A stretch of DNA of 64,000 nt from Octopus sinensis. Taxonomy: Eukaryota. Made by a program: the position numbers and the translations under genes. The stretch is from positions 49,228,001 through 49,292,000 of the forward strand of contig NC_043015.1 of NCBI RefSeq assembly GCF_006345805.1, read 5' to 3'. Positions within the stretch are counted from its first letter, which is position 1, and the number at the start of each line of letters is the position of its first letter. This document shows, in pieces, positions 38,806-50,058 of the stretch. The notes beneath the pieces were generated by a model. The model was not told the origin of the DNA and made no database searches. It saw nothing but the letters and a program-made list of their open reading frames with translations.

Positions 38806-38921
38806 TTAACCTTTAACGCACTGCATTTTCTCTAGAATTGTTTCCCCTGCCACTGCTCTGTTATCACAGGGGAGAAAACCCATACACTGACATGATGGAC
38901 CTGCAGTGTGCTAAAGGTTAG
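38806..38921. mobile_element. Mini TTAA-flanked MITE 23 bp from the exon F donor
   Basis: ttaa-cctttaacgcactgca ... tgcagtgtgctaaagg-ttag inverted ends. Confidence 0.55.
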
Positions 38922-38943
38922 ATTAAATCTTGAAACTACGTAC

Positions 38944-39026
38944 CATAATGAACTGTTCATCAAGTCCTATTTTGCGTACACGATAACGGTCGAAAGAATT
39001 AATTAGATATGTTAGAGAATAGCACA
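38944..39026 (-). CDS. SLC9A: NHE exon F (83 nt, phase 1-0): VCYSLTYLINSFDRYRVRKIGLDEQFIM
   Basis: ttctttgcag acceptor, ATG|gtacgt donor. Matches [21 protein letters not shown]. Confidence 0.93.
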
Positions 39027-40929
39027 CTGCAAAGAAAGAAAATGAAGAATTTTGTGAATAAATTCTGAAGGAATTTTAATAAATTACCATTTGGATTTTT
39101 AGAAAGGAAATTTTTTTTTCTTTTGAGCTTACAAAATGGGATAATATAAAAGAAAATATGGATGTACACAGGTACAACTATTTTATACATGAATAACCAT
39201 CCATTTATCATCATTGTCATTATCGCAATCACTACAATCATCATCATCATCATCTCCCCTGCTACCACTACCACTGTTAATACTACTGCTACCACCACCA
39301 CCACTACTTGTTTCAGTCGTCAGACTGTGGCCATGCTGGGGCACTGCCATATATAATTTTTTTAAGCCTGGCACTCATTCTATTGATCTGTTAAGTTTTG
39401 CTGAACTGTTAAGTTACTGGATGTAAATACACCAATACCCGTTGTCTAGTAGTGGTGGAAGACAAACTCAGATATAAAGACATACACACACGCGACGGGC
39501 TTCTTTCAGTCTCCATCTACCAAATCCACTGACAAGGTAGAAGACACCTACCCAAAGTGCCACACAGAGGGACTGAACCTATAACTGTGTGGTTGGGAAG
39601 CAAACTTCTCATCCATATAGCCATATGTCTGGGTCTAAACTATACCTGCACCTTTGTGAGTGTCACCATCATACAAGCAGTGTTGTTCTTTTCCAATGTT
39701 CCATAAGAACACGTCTGGCCATAGAAGAAATATTAATATATTAATATTAGGACGGTGAGCTGGCAGAAACGTTAGCACGTCGGGTGAAATGCTAAGCGGT
39801 ATTTCGTCTGCCGCTACGTTCTGTGTTCTAATTCCGCCGAGGTCGACATTGCCTTTCATCCTTTCGGGGTCGATTAAATAAGTACCAGTTAGGCACTGGT
39901 GTCGATATAATCAACTTAATCCGTTTGTCTGTCCTTGTTTGTCCTCTCTGTGTTTAGCCCCTTGTGGGTAGTAAAGAAATAGGTATTTTGTCTACCGCTA
40001 CATTCTGAGTTCAAATTCTGCCAAGGTCGACTTTGTCTTTCATCCTTTCGGGGTCAATTAAATAAGTACCAGTTACGCACTGGGGTCAATGTAATCGACT
40101 TAATCCATTGTTTGTCCCCTCTATGTTTAGCCCCTTGTGGGTAGTAAAGAAATAGGTATTTCATCTGCCGTTCATTCTGAGTTTAAATTCCGCCAAGTGT
40201 GTGGGTGGGGGAGGAGCCCGTCATGGAATCATTGAAAAAATTCTTTTTTTTCATTGAATGAATTCCTGTGACTTCCTAATATGCTTCAAAACCCTTTTTG
40301 GGGGTCCGTAAAGCAGAGTGAGGTGAAAGCTTCAAAAATTTCCCCCTCCCACCCCCATTGATCTTTTTTCACCAGCACGATTTTCACTTTTTTTCCGAAC
40401 CAAAATAAGGGATTTGCAACATATTAAGAGGTCAGGGTACTTGATTCCACGCAAACCATCCAAGTTTTTTTTTTTCTTATCATGTGGGTATTAATCTAAA
40501 AATTTACCCAGCTTACTACTGGTCGTTGCCATTAATTACCACCATCTACTGACAAATGCTATAAATATTTTCTGACTACTCTTATCACTAACTACACATT
40601 TTTCTCTCTATTAATACAACATAACCCATTCACTCCAAACCAAATAAATCACTTCATACATAATGCAAATATAAAGTAATATATACTGCAACTATATGGT
40701 ATCATTTTACTGCACTTTCTGGCAGAAAAGTTGAAGTAGTATAGAGTGTAAACATGTTTTGTAACCATTCCAACAGAGTCTCTATCTTTTCAAGTCCTGT
40801 GGAATTTCAACATGGAATTTTTGGCTCTCCAAAGTCGTCTATGTGTATAAGTTGACCTACCTGTTCTTGGCCGTAAATTTTGGTCTGAAAAATTCACCTT
40901 GTATGCAGGAAAAATATGGTTATATATTA

Positions 40930-41250
40930 TTAATCCATCCATCCATCCATTCATTTTTCTCCACCCCACAGTTCTTGGGAGTGTCGTAGAGGTAGAGTCC
41001 TGGAGCACCTCCACTGTAGGGTCTTATCAGAAGCATCCAACATTACATAGTCTCTATTGGTCACACTTGGTTGGATTCCCAAGCATGACCAATAGAGACC
41101 ATGGCTATTATTCAGCCACCTCATTGCTGGTCTACCCCCAGGTCTCCTGCTGATTGGCTCAGTCTTGAAGACTTTGACTTATGATTCTTTCCTGTGAGAT
41201 TCTAATCACTTGTCTGAAGGACCACAGCTGTGACCTCTCAATGCAGCTAG
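40930..41250 (-). mobile_element. Decayed RTE LINE 3' fragment
   Basis: Minus-strand remnant resembling QLRWFGHVIR..QER...GRPR..W, with a (GGAT)n-like tail. Confidence 0.55.
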
Positions 41251-41271
41251 AAATAGCAGCTTGACCTAGAG

Positions 41272-41832
41272 CAGTAGTTCTCAACCGGGGTCCATATAAG
41301 ACTTATTTTGGGGTAGGGTGGTTCACACAACAAAATAATAAACTGGGGATCCTCAATAGTATTTTAAGGGCCCCTGAAAATTTTTTGCTTTAGATGTATG
41401 TATTGGAGAAAATCCCTGGAGAAGGACATCATGCTCGGAATGGTCAGTGGCAAGAGAGAAAGAGGCCGACCAAGAACCCGCTGGCTTGACACCATCAAGA
41501 GTGATACTGGAATGGACATAGCCAATCTGAAAGAAGCGGCCCAGGATAGAGCTGACTAGAGGACACTGATCCAATGAGTGACCGAGAGTTGACTTCGACT
41601 GAGCGGATAGAGAGAGAGAGAGAGTATGTATTGGTATTTATTTGAAAAAAACAGCTGGGTTTCTTTCTCTAACATTTTACCTGGTTCAACCTACAGAAGT
41701 TGATAGAAGAAAAAACTAAATAGGGCTTCTATAAAACTAATTTGTAAACATCGAATGGCTATGAGGTTCCACCAGAATAAAATAACAATCAAAGGGGTCC
41801 ATAGATAAAAAAAAAATGGTTGAGAAACTCTG
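41272..41832. mobile_element. hAT (Charlie-like) MITE containing an RTE fragment
   Basis: TIRs cagtagttctcaacc / ggttgagaaactctg. Similar 8-bp flanks acctagag / acttaggg. Confidence 0.75.
41400..41615 (+). mobile_element. RTE (BovB-like) LINE 3' end
   Basis: LEKDIMLGMVSGKRERGRPRTRWLDTIKSDTG..LKEAAQDR followed by a (GA)n tail. Confidence 0.8.
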
Positions 41833-41864
41833 ACTTAGGGAGATTCCCTGATCTCCGAGCTATA

Positions 41865-42093
41865 CTCTTTACTCTTTTACTCTTTTACTTGTTTCAGTCA
41901 TTTGACTGCGGCCATGCTGGAGCACCGCCTTTAGTCGAGCAAATCGACCCCGGGACTTATTCTTTGTAAGCCTAGTACTTATTCTATCAGTCTCTTTTGC
42001 CGAACCGCTAAGTGACACGGACGTAAACACACCAGCATCGGTTGTCAAGCAATGCTAGGGGGACAAACACAGACACACAAACATATACACACA

Positions 42094-42131
<38 letters not shown>

Positions 42132-42300
42132 TACGACAAGCTTCTTTCAGTTTCCGTCTACCAAATCCACTCACAAGGCATTGGTGGGCCCGAGGCTATA
42201 GCATAAGACACTTGCCCAAGATGCCACGCAGTGGGACTGAACCCGGAACCATGTGGTTGGTAAGCAAGCTACTTACCACACAGCCACTCCTGCGCCTATG
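41865..42300 (-). mobile_element. SINE family B (tRNA head, CORE-like ttgggcaagt, internal TA/CA microsatellite, (AAGAGT)n tail)
   Basis: Representative full copy. Others at 302-690, 26695-27080, 29392-29772, 37785-38180, 47175-47570, 51661-52062, and partial at the window end. Confidence 0.9.
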
Positions 42301-42413
42301 TATCCTGAATTAATTAAATTAACCGTAATCATAATTAAAAGTCCTTATTGGCTCAATCAGACATTGCATTTTGTGAATGTAAGTATTGTAAAAAAAAAAT
42401 ATATTAACCGTAC

Positions 42414-42535
42414 CGATGAATCTTACTATCAGACACAGAAACACTGCCCATAAGATAAAGCCAGTTGACCAAACGTGATTATGCCGTACGACAGCCATGC
42501 CAAGAAATAAGAAGATGACAATTTCATTTGCTGAG
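42414..42535 (-). CDS. SLC9A: NHE exon E (122 nt, phase 2-1): SANEIVIFLFLGMAVVRHNHVWSTGFILWAVFLCLIVRFI
   Basis: tttctttcag acceptor, TCG|gtacgg donor. Matches NHE1 SVSETLIFIFLG...HHWNWTFV...LFCLIAR. Confidence 0.95.
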
Positions 42536-42556
42536 CTGAAAGAAAAAGGAAGAAAA

Positions 42557-42960
42557 GTTAGTTAGTTAGTTAATTTGGCTCAAAAGCAAATAGCAAGGCC
42601 ATGTAGGGGGACATGGAGTTAAGTACAGGGTGGTGTTCATGTAAAGAGTTCAGGCCACTTGAGGTCAAGGGAGGCTTTGAACAAAGCGGTCGTCGGCATT
42701 TTCACCATCTCGTCTGGCAGCTTGTTCCACGGATCCGCAACCCGGACGGAGAAAGCTCCTCTCCTTCGATTGAGATGAAATCGTCGCAGGTAGAGCTTTT
42801 CGGAATGACCCCGCAGCCGACGCTCTGGAGCAGGAGTGAAGAACAGCTCTTTCGAGAGGTTACACTTTCCGCTTATGATGTTGTGGGCGAGAATGAGATC
42901 ACCACGGCGGCGGCGTTTTTCTAGAGAATAAAGGTTGAGCGTCCTCAGCCTTTCTTCAGA
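42557..42960 (-). mobile_element. CR1-type LINE 3' end with open frame and (TAAC)4 tail
   Basis: EERLRTLNLYSLEKRRRRGDLI...RLRGHSEKL...FSVRVADPWNKLP...LFT*, then a UTR and tandem TAAC tail. CpG-rich, so probably young. Confidence 0.9.
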
Positions 42961-42966
42961 GTGAAT

Positions 42967-43195
42967 TTAACCCTTTAGTGTTTGCATTATTCTGCCAAAA
43001 CTAATGCTTTTTTATCCACATTGTTTTGAACTAATCAGGTATTATCTTGTAGCTATGAGATTTTGATGAGGTAGCTGTTAATTTTTAAGATGATATTGTA
43101 GGGTTGGTGTGAGAGAACAGATATGGCCAGTCTGAACATAAAACAGGCAGAATACTTTTGGCCGGATATAGCCGGTTTAAATGCTAAAGGGTTAA
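42967..43195. mobile_element. piggyBac-type MITE, second family
   Basis: TTAA-ccctttagtgttt ... aaatgctaaaggg-TTAA. Confidence 0.8.
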
Positions 43196-43272
43196 GAACC
43201 GGAACATCTTTGGTAAAATAAGGAAGTATGGTGTGGGAAGATATCTTTGCTTCTTGTACAATGCTTTTGGCA

Positions 43273-43304
<32 letters not shown>

Positions 43305-44344
43305 TGTTTAGCGTCCGCTTTCCATGCTGGCATGGGTTGAACGGTGCAATTGGGATCTGGGAAGCCAGAAGGTTGCACCAGGCCCAGTCTGATCCGGCAA
43401 TGTTTCTGCGGCTGGATGCCCTTCCTAATGCCAACCACTGCATGAGTGTAGTGGGTGCTTTTTACATGTCACTGGCACAGGTGCCAGACGAGGCTGGCAA
43501 ACGGCCATGATTGGATGGTGCTTTTTTTACGTGCCACTGGCACGGAAGCCAGTAGGGGCAGCGCTGGCAACGGTCACATTCGGATGGTTCTCTTATGTGC
43601 CACCGGCACTGGTATCACTGGCATTGTATATTACATATCATTAAAAGAACAACTAACGAAGGTATTTAGTGCGCATGTCTGTGACGCAGGAGTCTTGTAA
43701 TGTCTTTAGAATTTTTTTTCCTTTTTTGGGGGGTAGGAGGGTGGGGGGGATTTTTGTCTTTTACCTTACTTTCGACCTTAAAACAGCTGACGGCAGCACT
43801 CAATGCAGATATTTTCATAGATATTTTCATTCAGGTTCCTTTGTCAACAGTCTGATTATGATTGAAGAATGAGCTTGTTTCTTTGTGATTAATCCAGTGC
43901 CCCACCCCCCACATCCACCCCCATCACAAATACCTATTTCTTTACTACCCACAAGGGGCTAAACACAGAGAGGACAAACAAGCACAGACAAACGGATTAA
44001 GTCGATTATATCGACACCAGTGCGTAACTGGTACTTATTTAATCGACCCCGAAAGGATGAAAGGCAAAGTCGACCTCGGCGGAATTTGAACTCAGAACAT
44101 AGCAGCAGACGAAATACCGATAAGCATTTCACCTGGCGTGCTAACGTTTCTGCCAGCTCGCCACCCTAAACCAAATACCACCATCACCAAAAAGATTCCA
44201 ATTGGACATTAAGCTGTATAATTTCATCTTTGGTTCCTTCTTTTTTTTTCTATGGTGTAAGCTAATTATTTCTTCTTTGTTAATGTCTGGTTTCTGATAA
44301 TTCCCAAATATACTAACTCTTCCTTAATTAGCTGCATTCCATAC

Positions 44345-44387
<43 letters not shown>

Positions 44388-44654
44388 CAATTGTAGTGTG
44401 GAAGGTGTTTATAAGCCATGTATGTATTCACTGAAAAAACTTCATGCTGCATCTCAGGAGCACGAAGTTTTGTCAGTGAATAGGTCGCGGTCTCAAAGTG
44501 CCGAAAATATTTTGACAAATTAAATTTAAATGTTGAAGGGAATCTAAAGGTTTTTGTGTGTTTCTTAAATGGCTTATAAACACCTTCCACGCTGCAATTG
44601 TTTTCGTTCCAGCACACGATCTCAGATCAAATCACTCACTATGCAAGTACATCT

Positions 44655-44693
<39 letters not shown>

Positions 44694-46305
44694 CAGGCTT
44701 CTTTATATATATGTGTATATATTTATGTGTGTCTGCGTTTGTCCCCTCCACCATCACTTGACAACTGATGTTGGTGTGTTTACGTCTCCATAACTTAGCA
44801 GTTTGACAAAAGAGCCCGAGAGAATAAGTACTAGGCTTACAAAGAATAAGTTCTGGGGTCGATCTGTTTGACTAAAGGCGGTGCTCCAGTATGGCCGCAG
44901 TCAAATGACTGAAACAAGTAAAAGAATATACTTGTAACCAATCAAAGAGAACATGATTAAATTAACCAATCATAAATAATGAGTAGTTAGAGCGTCCGGC
45001 TCATAATCATGAAGTAGTGAGTTTGAACCTGGACTGGGCTGCATGTTGTGTTCTTGAGCAAGACACTTCACTTCACATTACTCCACTTCTACTCAGCTGT
45101 AGAAATGAGTTGCAATGTTGTCACTGGTGCCAAGCTGTATTGGGCAATCCCTCGGATAACATCACTGGTGTGGAGAGGGCTGGCTGGTATGCATGGGTGA
45201 CTGCTGGTCTTCCATAAACAACCTTGCTTGGACTTGTGCCTCAGAAGGGAACATTCTAGGTGCAATCCCATGGTCATTCACGACTAAAAGAGGTCTTTAT
45301 CTTTAACTTTAAGTGATCAAACAAGTCTGCCAATGAATTCCCTGGATTGCAGCAGAGGAAGGAAGCTGGAAGGGTTGAAGAGACAGCTGAAGTTGGTCAA
45401 CCCTTTTGTTACCATATTCCTGTTGAAATACACTGTGTTTTAATTAATTTAAAAAATAATGAAGAATTTAGCAAAATAACTGTCATTATCAAGCTGGTGT
45501 TTGGCACATAAACTACCACAAAATTTTAATAGAATGATTTAATTTAAGGCGGTGAGCTGGCAGAATCGTTTACATGTCAGGCAAAATGCTTAGCGGTATT
45601 TCGTCTGCTGCTACGTTCTGAGTTCAAATTCTGCCAAGGTCGACTTTGCTTTCATCCTTTCGGGGTCAATAAATTAAGTACCAGTTAGGTACTGGGGTCG
45701 ATGTAATTGACCTTTGTCTGTCCTTGTTTGTCCCCTATATGTTTAGTCCCTTGTGGGCAATAAAGAAATAAGAAGCGTTAGCACGCCGGGCAAAATGCTT
45801 AGCGGTATTTCATCTGCCGTTATGTTCTGAGTTCAAATTCTGCCGAGGTCGACTTTGCCTTTCATCCTTTTGGGGTTGATTAAAGAAGTACCAGTTATGC
45901 ACTGGGGTCGATATAATCGACTTAATTCGTTTGTCTGTCCGTGTGTGTCCCCTTTGTGTTTAGCCCCTTGTGGGCAATAAAGAAATAAGAAACGTTAGAA
46001 CACTGGGTGAAATGCTTAGCGGTATTTCGTCTGTCTTTACGTTCTGAGTTCAAATTTTGCCGAGGTCGACTTTGCCTTTCATCCTTTTGGGGTCGATAAA
46101 TTAAGTACCAGATGTTTTAATTTAGATCACTTTAAATTAGGAAGTTTATGCTATAAAACTACAGGGGTCTTGGGAGTGGGTAGGGATTGCAGGGTTAATT
46201 GTTCCCGAATTAACGAAAAGCAAGAGGCTTATTGATGCTGTGTTGTTCGCTTGTTCATGTTTGATGCGACAACCTGAAACAATTGAGAATAAATTAGAAC
46301 GGTAC

Positions 46306-46401
46306 CTTGCAACTTTAATAAAGTACTTGATGGATGTAGCAGATTTTTGACTGACATTTCGAAGGGAATATTGGTCCTGCATCATACCACACCCAATCAA
46401 A
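46306..46401 (-). CDS. SLC9A: NHE exon D (96 nt, phase 2-2): LIGCGMMQDQYSLRNVSQKSATSIKYFIKVA
   Basis: tattttcag acceptor, AAG|gtaccg donor. Matches NHE1 [30 protein letters not shown]. Confidence 0.95.
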
Positions 46402-46480
46402 CTGAAAATATATTACATATAAAAATGCTTTTTTATAAACTTCAACACATTGTTTAATCAATATTGATTTCTTTTATACA

Positions 46481-46968
46481 CCGTAAATCCTCGAGTATAG
46501 TCCGCCCTTGAGTATAATACGGAGGGTATTTTTAGGAGGCTGTACCTCTGAAAAACCTAAACCTTGTGTATAATATACACCCTTTCTCTAACTTGAGTCA
46601 AGGAGGTCTATATAATGTCCTTGGTTTGTAAAACTGTATACGGTAACGTCCTTTATTATTATTGTATATATAACATAATGCAAACGTGTAGCTTTTTTGT
46701 GCATTTTGTTTGCAGAAAATAAAGAAATAACAGTAATAACATTTAATAAATGTTGCTTACTGCAAGTTATGGATGATTCTTTAATGACTTCATTGCTTTC
46801 AGGCTTAGCTTAAGGTATTTTCGCGCCTGACATCACAAAATGCGTCCGAATAAACACTGCCGGACAGCAAATAAAGTTTCACTTTTAACCTTGTATATAG
46901 TACGCACTATTGATTTAGACCTTTAAATTTTGGGAAAAAAAATGCGGATTATACTCGAGGATTTACGG
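46481..46968. mobile_element. pogo/Tc2-like MITE
   Basis: TIRs ccgtaaatcctcgagtata / tatactcgaggatttacgg. TA on the right, CA on the left. Confidence 0.8.
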
Positions 46969-48342
46969 TACGTATGGCTGATATCACAAAGACAATACTA
47001 GTCAAGCCTTATATCACAGCTGACTATATATATATCTTGAAAAATATATTACATATAAATTTAGTGAGACAATAAGGTAATGCTGTTGGCAGGGAGGAAG
47101 GTGAGAGAACATAGAATAAAATATAACAGGATAAGATACAATAAAAAGGGGAAATGAAAGAGAATGAAATATAGGTGTAGGAGTGGCTGTGTGGTAAGTA
47201 GCTTGCTTACAAACCACACGGTTCCGGGTTCAGTCCCACTGTGTGGCACTTTGGACAAGTGTCTTCTGCTATAGCTTCGGGCCGACCAAAGCCTTGTGAG
47301 TGGAATTGGTAGACGGAAACTGAAAGAAGCCCATCGTATATATATATATGTGGGTGTATACGTTTGTGTGTCTGTGTTTGTCCCCCCAACATCACTTGAC
47401 AGCTGATGCTGGTGTGTTTATGTCCCCATAACTTAGTGGTTCAGCAAAAGACACTAATAGAATAAGTACTAGGCTTACAAAGAATAAGTCCTAGGGTCGA
47501 TTTGCTCGACTAAAGGCAGTGCTCCAGCATGGCCGCAGTCAAATGACTGAAACAAGTAAAAGAGAGAAAGAGAATAGTAAAACGATATAAAATACAATAA
47601 AGTTATAAAGTAAAAGGCAGGTTTAATGTGGTGTAATAGGCTTCATATCACATCATGTTTTATTAGCCTTGCCATAATGAAGGTGGAGGTATTGTTTTCA
47701 GTTGCATTTGTTTGTAGATAAGATATCTCAAGAACCACTGGATGGATTCGGATGAAACTTCCAGGGATGTTTAGCCTTGTGACTGATACAAACTGATTAG
47801 ATTTTGGAATCGATCTGGTACCGGACAAGGACTCTGTATTACTTTTCCAGTTTTTTACTTAACCTTTGAGAGCAGTTGGGTTCATTTTTAGCATTCTTGT
47901 TTGTGAGAGTAGTCAAATTTATTTCAGGAGTGAGGTCGTTGCCAGTGCCGCTGGACTGGCTCCTGTGAAAGTGACACATAAAAAGCACCATTTGAGCATG
48001 GCCATTGCCAGTACAGCCTGACTGGCCCTCATGTCAGTGGCATGTAAAAAGCACCCACTACACTCCTGGAGTGGTTGGCGTTAGGAAGGGCATCCTGCTG
48101 TAGAAACTCTGCCAGATCAGACTGGAGCCTGGTGCAGCCATCTGGTTCGCCAGACCTCAGTCAAATCGTCCAACCCATGCTAGCATGGAAAGTGGACGTT
48201 AAATGATGATGATGATGGTGATTCTCATTTTAAAAATCATATCCGGCTAATTGTTAAGAGGATGTTGGTGTTGCCTTGACAGAGGTTTGCACTGTCTGAG
48301 TGCTCTTGTTAGATAATATATTTCAAGTGGCAGACTTAAGTA

Positions 48343-48594
48343 TTGGATTGGCGCATAATTATTGTGACTTTATTTCAACAAATTTTATTCAGCAAAAACA
48401 ATAACAGCATGTTGCAAAAACATCTTTAAATGATTATTCCGGAGCATATTAACCATCTACTTCAATGACCGCTTCCCGTTTCCTTGGCAGACGGTCAGAC
48501 CATCATTAAGAGATGTTTTTGTTAAATATCGTTATTGTTTTTGTTGAGTAAAATTTGTTGAAAAAAAAGCTGCAATAATTATGCACCAACCCAA
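48343..48594. mobile_element. Mariner-derived MITE with about 90-bp inverted arms
   Basis: TA-ttggattggcgcataattattg...caataattatgcaccaacccaa-TA. The arms pair for roughly 90 nt. Confidence 0.85.
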
Positions 48595-48619
48595 TAGCAA
48601 GATTCCTTTTCCACTGCAT

Positions 48620-49300
48620 CTTTCATCATATCATCATCATCATCATCATCATCGTTTAACGTCCGTTTTCCATGCTAGCATGGGTTGGATGGCTCAACTG
48701 AGGTCTGGTGAACCAGATGGCTGCATCAGGCCCAATCTGATCTGGCAGTGTTTCTACAGCTGGATGCCCTTCCTAACGCCAACCACTCCGTGAGTGTAGT
48801 GGGTGCTTTTTACGTGCCACCTGCACAGGTGCCAAATGAGGCTGGCAAACGGCCACGATCAGATGGTGCTTTTTACGTGCCAGACGAGGCTGGCAATGGC
48901 CACAATCGGATGGTGCTTTTTACGTGCCATCGGCACAGAGGCCAGTCGGGGCGGCGCTGGCAACAGCCACATTTGGATGGTTATCTTACGTGCCACCGGC
49001 ACTGGTATCACAGCTACAATTTCCATTGATGTTGAACGATTTTGATTTTGATTTTCACTTGCCTCAACAGGTCTTCACATGTAGGGTTTGTGTCACAAGA
49101 AGGAAGGTATGCATAAGTGGGCTGGCTATGTCCCAAGTAGAGGCCACGGGTTATGGTCTCACTTGTCCTGCCGGGTCTTCCCACGCACAGCATATTTCCA
49201 ACGGTCTCAGTCTCAGGTCACTTCCTCAGAGAGACCTAAAGTTCAAAAGTCATGCTTCATCACCTCGTCCCAGGTTTTCCTGGGTCTACCTCTTCATAAT
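48620..49300 (-). mobile_element. RTE-tailed non-autonomous repeat with internal GC-rich minisatellite and (GAT)n tail
   Basis: Shared ggatgcccttcctaacgccaacc block and catgctagcatgg palindrome near the tail. Copies at 25280-25635, 32520-32900, 33000-33240, 43280-43620, 47940-48220, 56030-56250, 57330-57720, 59480-59940. Confidence 0.75.
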
Positions 49301-49596
49301 ACATTCTTAATGACATCACAGCCTTCATGGTGTCATATCTTTCATAACACATCACAACTTTCATGATATCACATCTTTCACAATGTATCATATATTGAGA
49401 GGACATTGGTGTTGCCTTGGCGGAGGTTTGTGCTCTCTGAGTGCTCTTGTTTTAATTCTATTTTCTCTTATTCTCCTCCCTATTTATCCCACTATTAACA
49501 TTACCCTATTACCATACTAAACACCAACCATGTTGCCTGAGATACACCAACATATTATTACATGTAAATAAGTTTGCTAACCCTGAACAAACTATA

Positions 49597-49816
49597 TTTG
49601 ACGGATATTTGTCCTCATCTTGTTTGTTGTTACAACTACATTTTTGCTGATATACCCTCCAGCCTTCATCAGGTGTCTTGGGGAAATTTTGAACCTAGGT
49701 TCTCATTCCTAAAGTGTTTTTCAATGTTGTTGTTGTTGTTGCTGTTGTTATTGCTATTATTATTATTGTTATTGTTATTATTATTATTATTATTGTTATC
49801 ATTATTATTATTGTTA

Positions 49817-49858
<42 letters not shown>

Positions 49859-49928
49859 TCACTGCCTGGAATCGAACTCGGAATCTTGGGGTTAGTAGCC
49901 TGCACTCTTAACCACTACACCATATACC
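49597..49928 (-). mobile_element. Complete family E element: tRNA-like head + (AAT)n/(AAC)n linker + hammerhead-bearing tail
   Basis: Minus strand has A box TGGTGTAGTGG, B box GTTCGATTC, a microsatellite, then ...gacac-CTGATGA-aggctg..cagca-AAAA (GAAA mutated). Confidence 0.75.
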
Positions 49929-49975
49929 CAAAATTATACAAATTATAAAAATAATTTTAAAAAATATATGCAGTA

Positions 49976-50058
49976 CAGTACTGTTTCTACTTCGCGGATT
50001 TTCACCTATCGCGGTGGGGCTTTGGAACGTAACACCTGTGATAGTTGAGGAAATACTG
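49976..50058. mobile_element. Short Tigger/pogo-like MITE
   Basis: TA-cagta...tactg-TA with an internal cttcgcggattttcacctatcgcgg motif. Confidence 0.55.
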
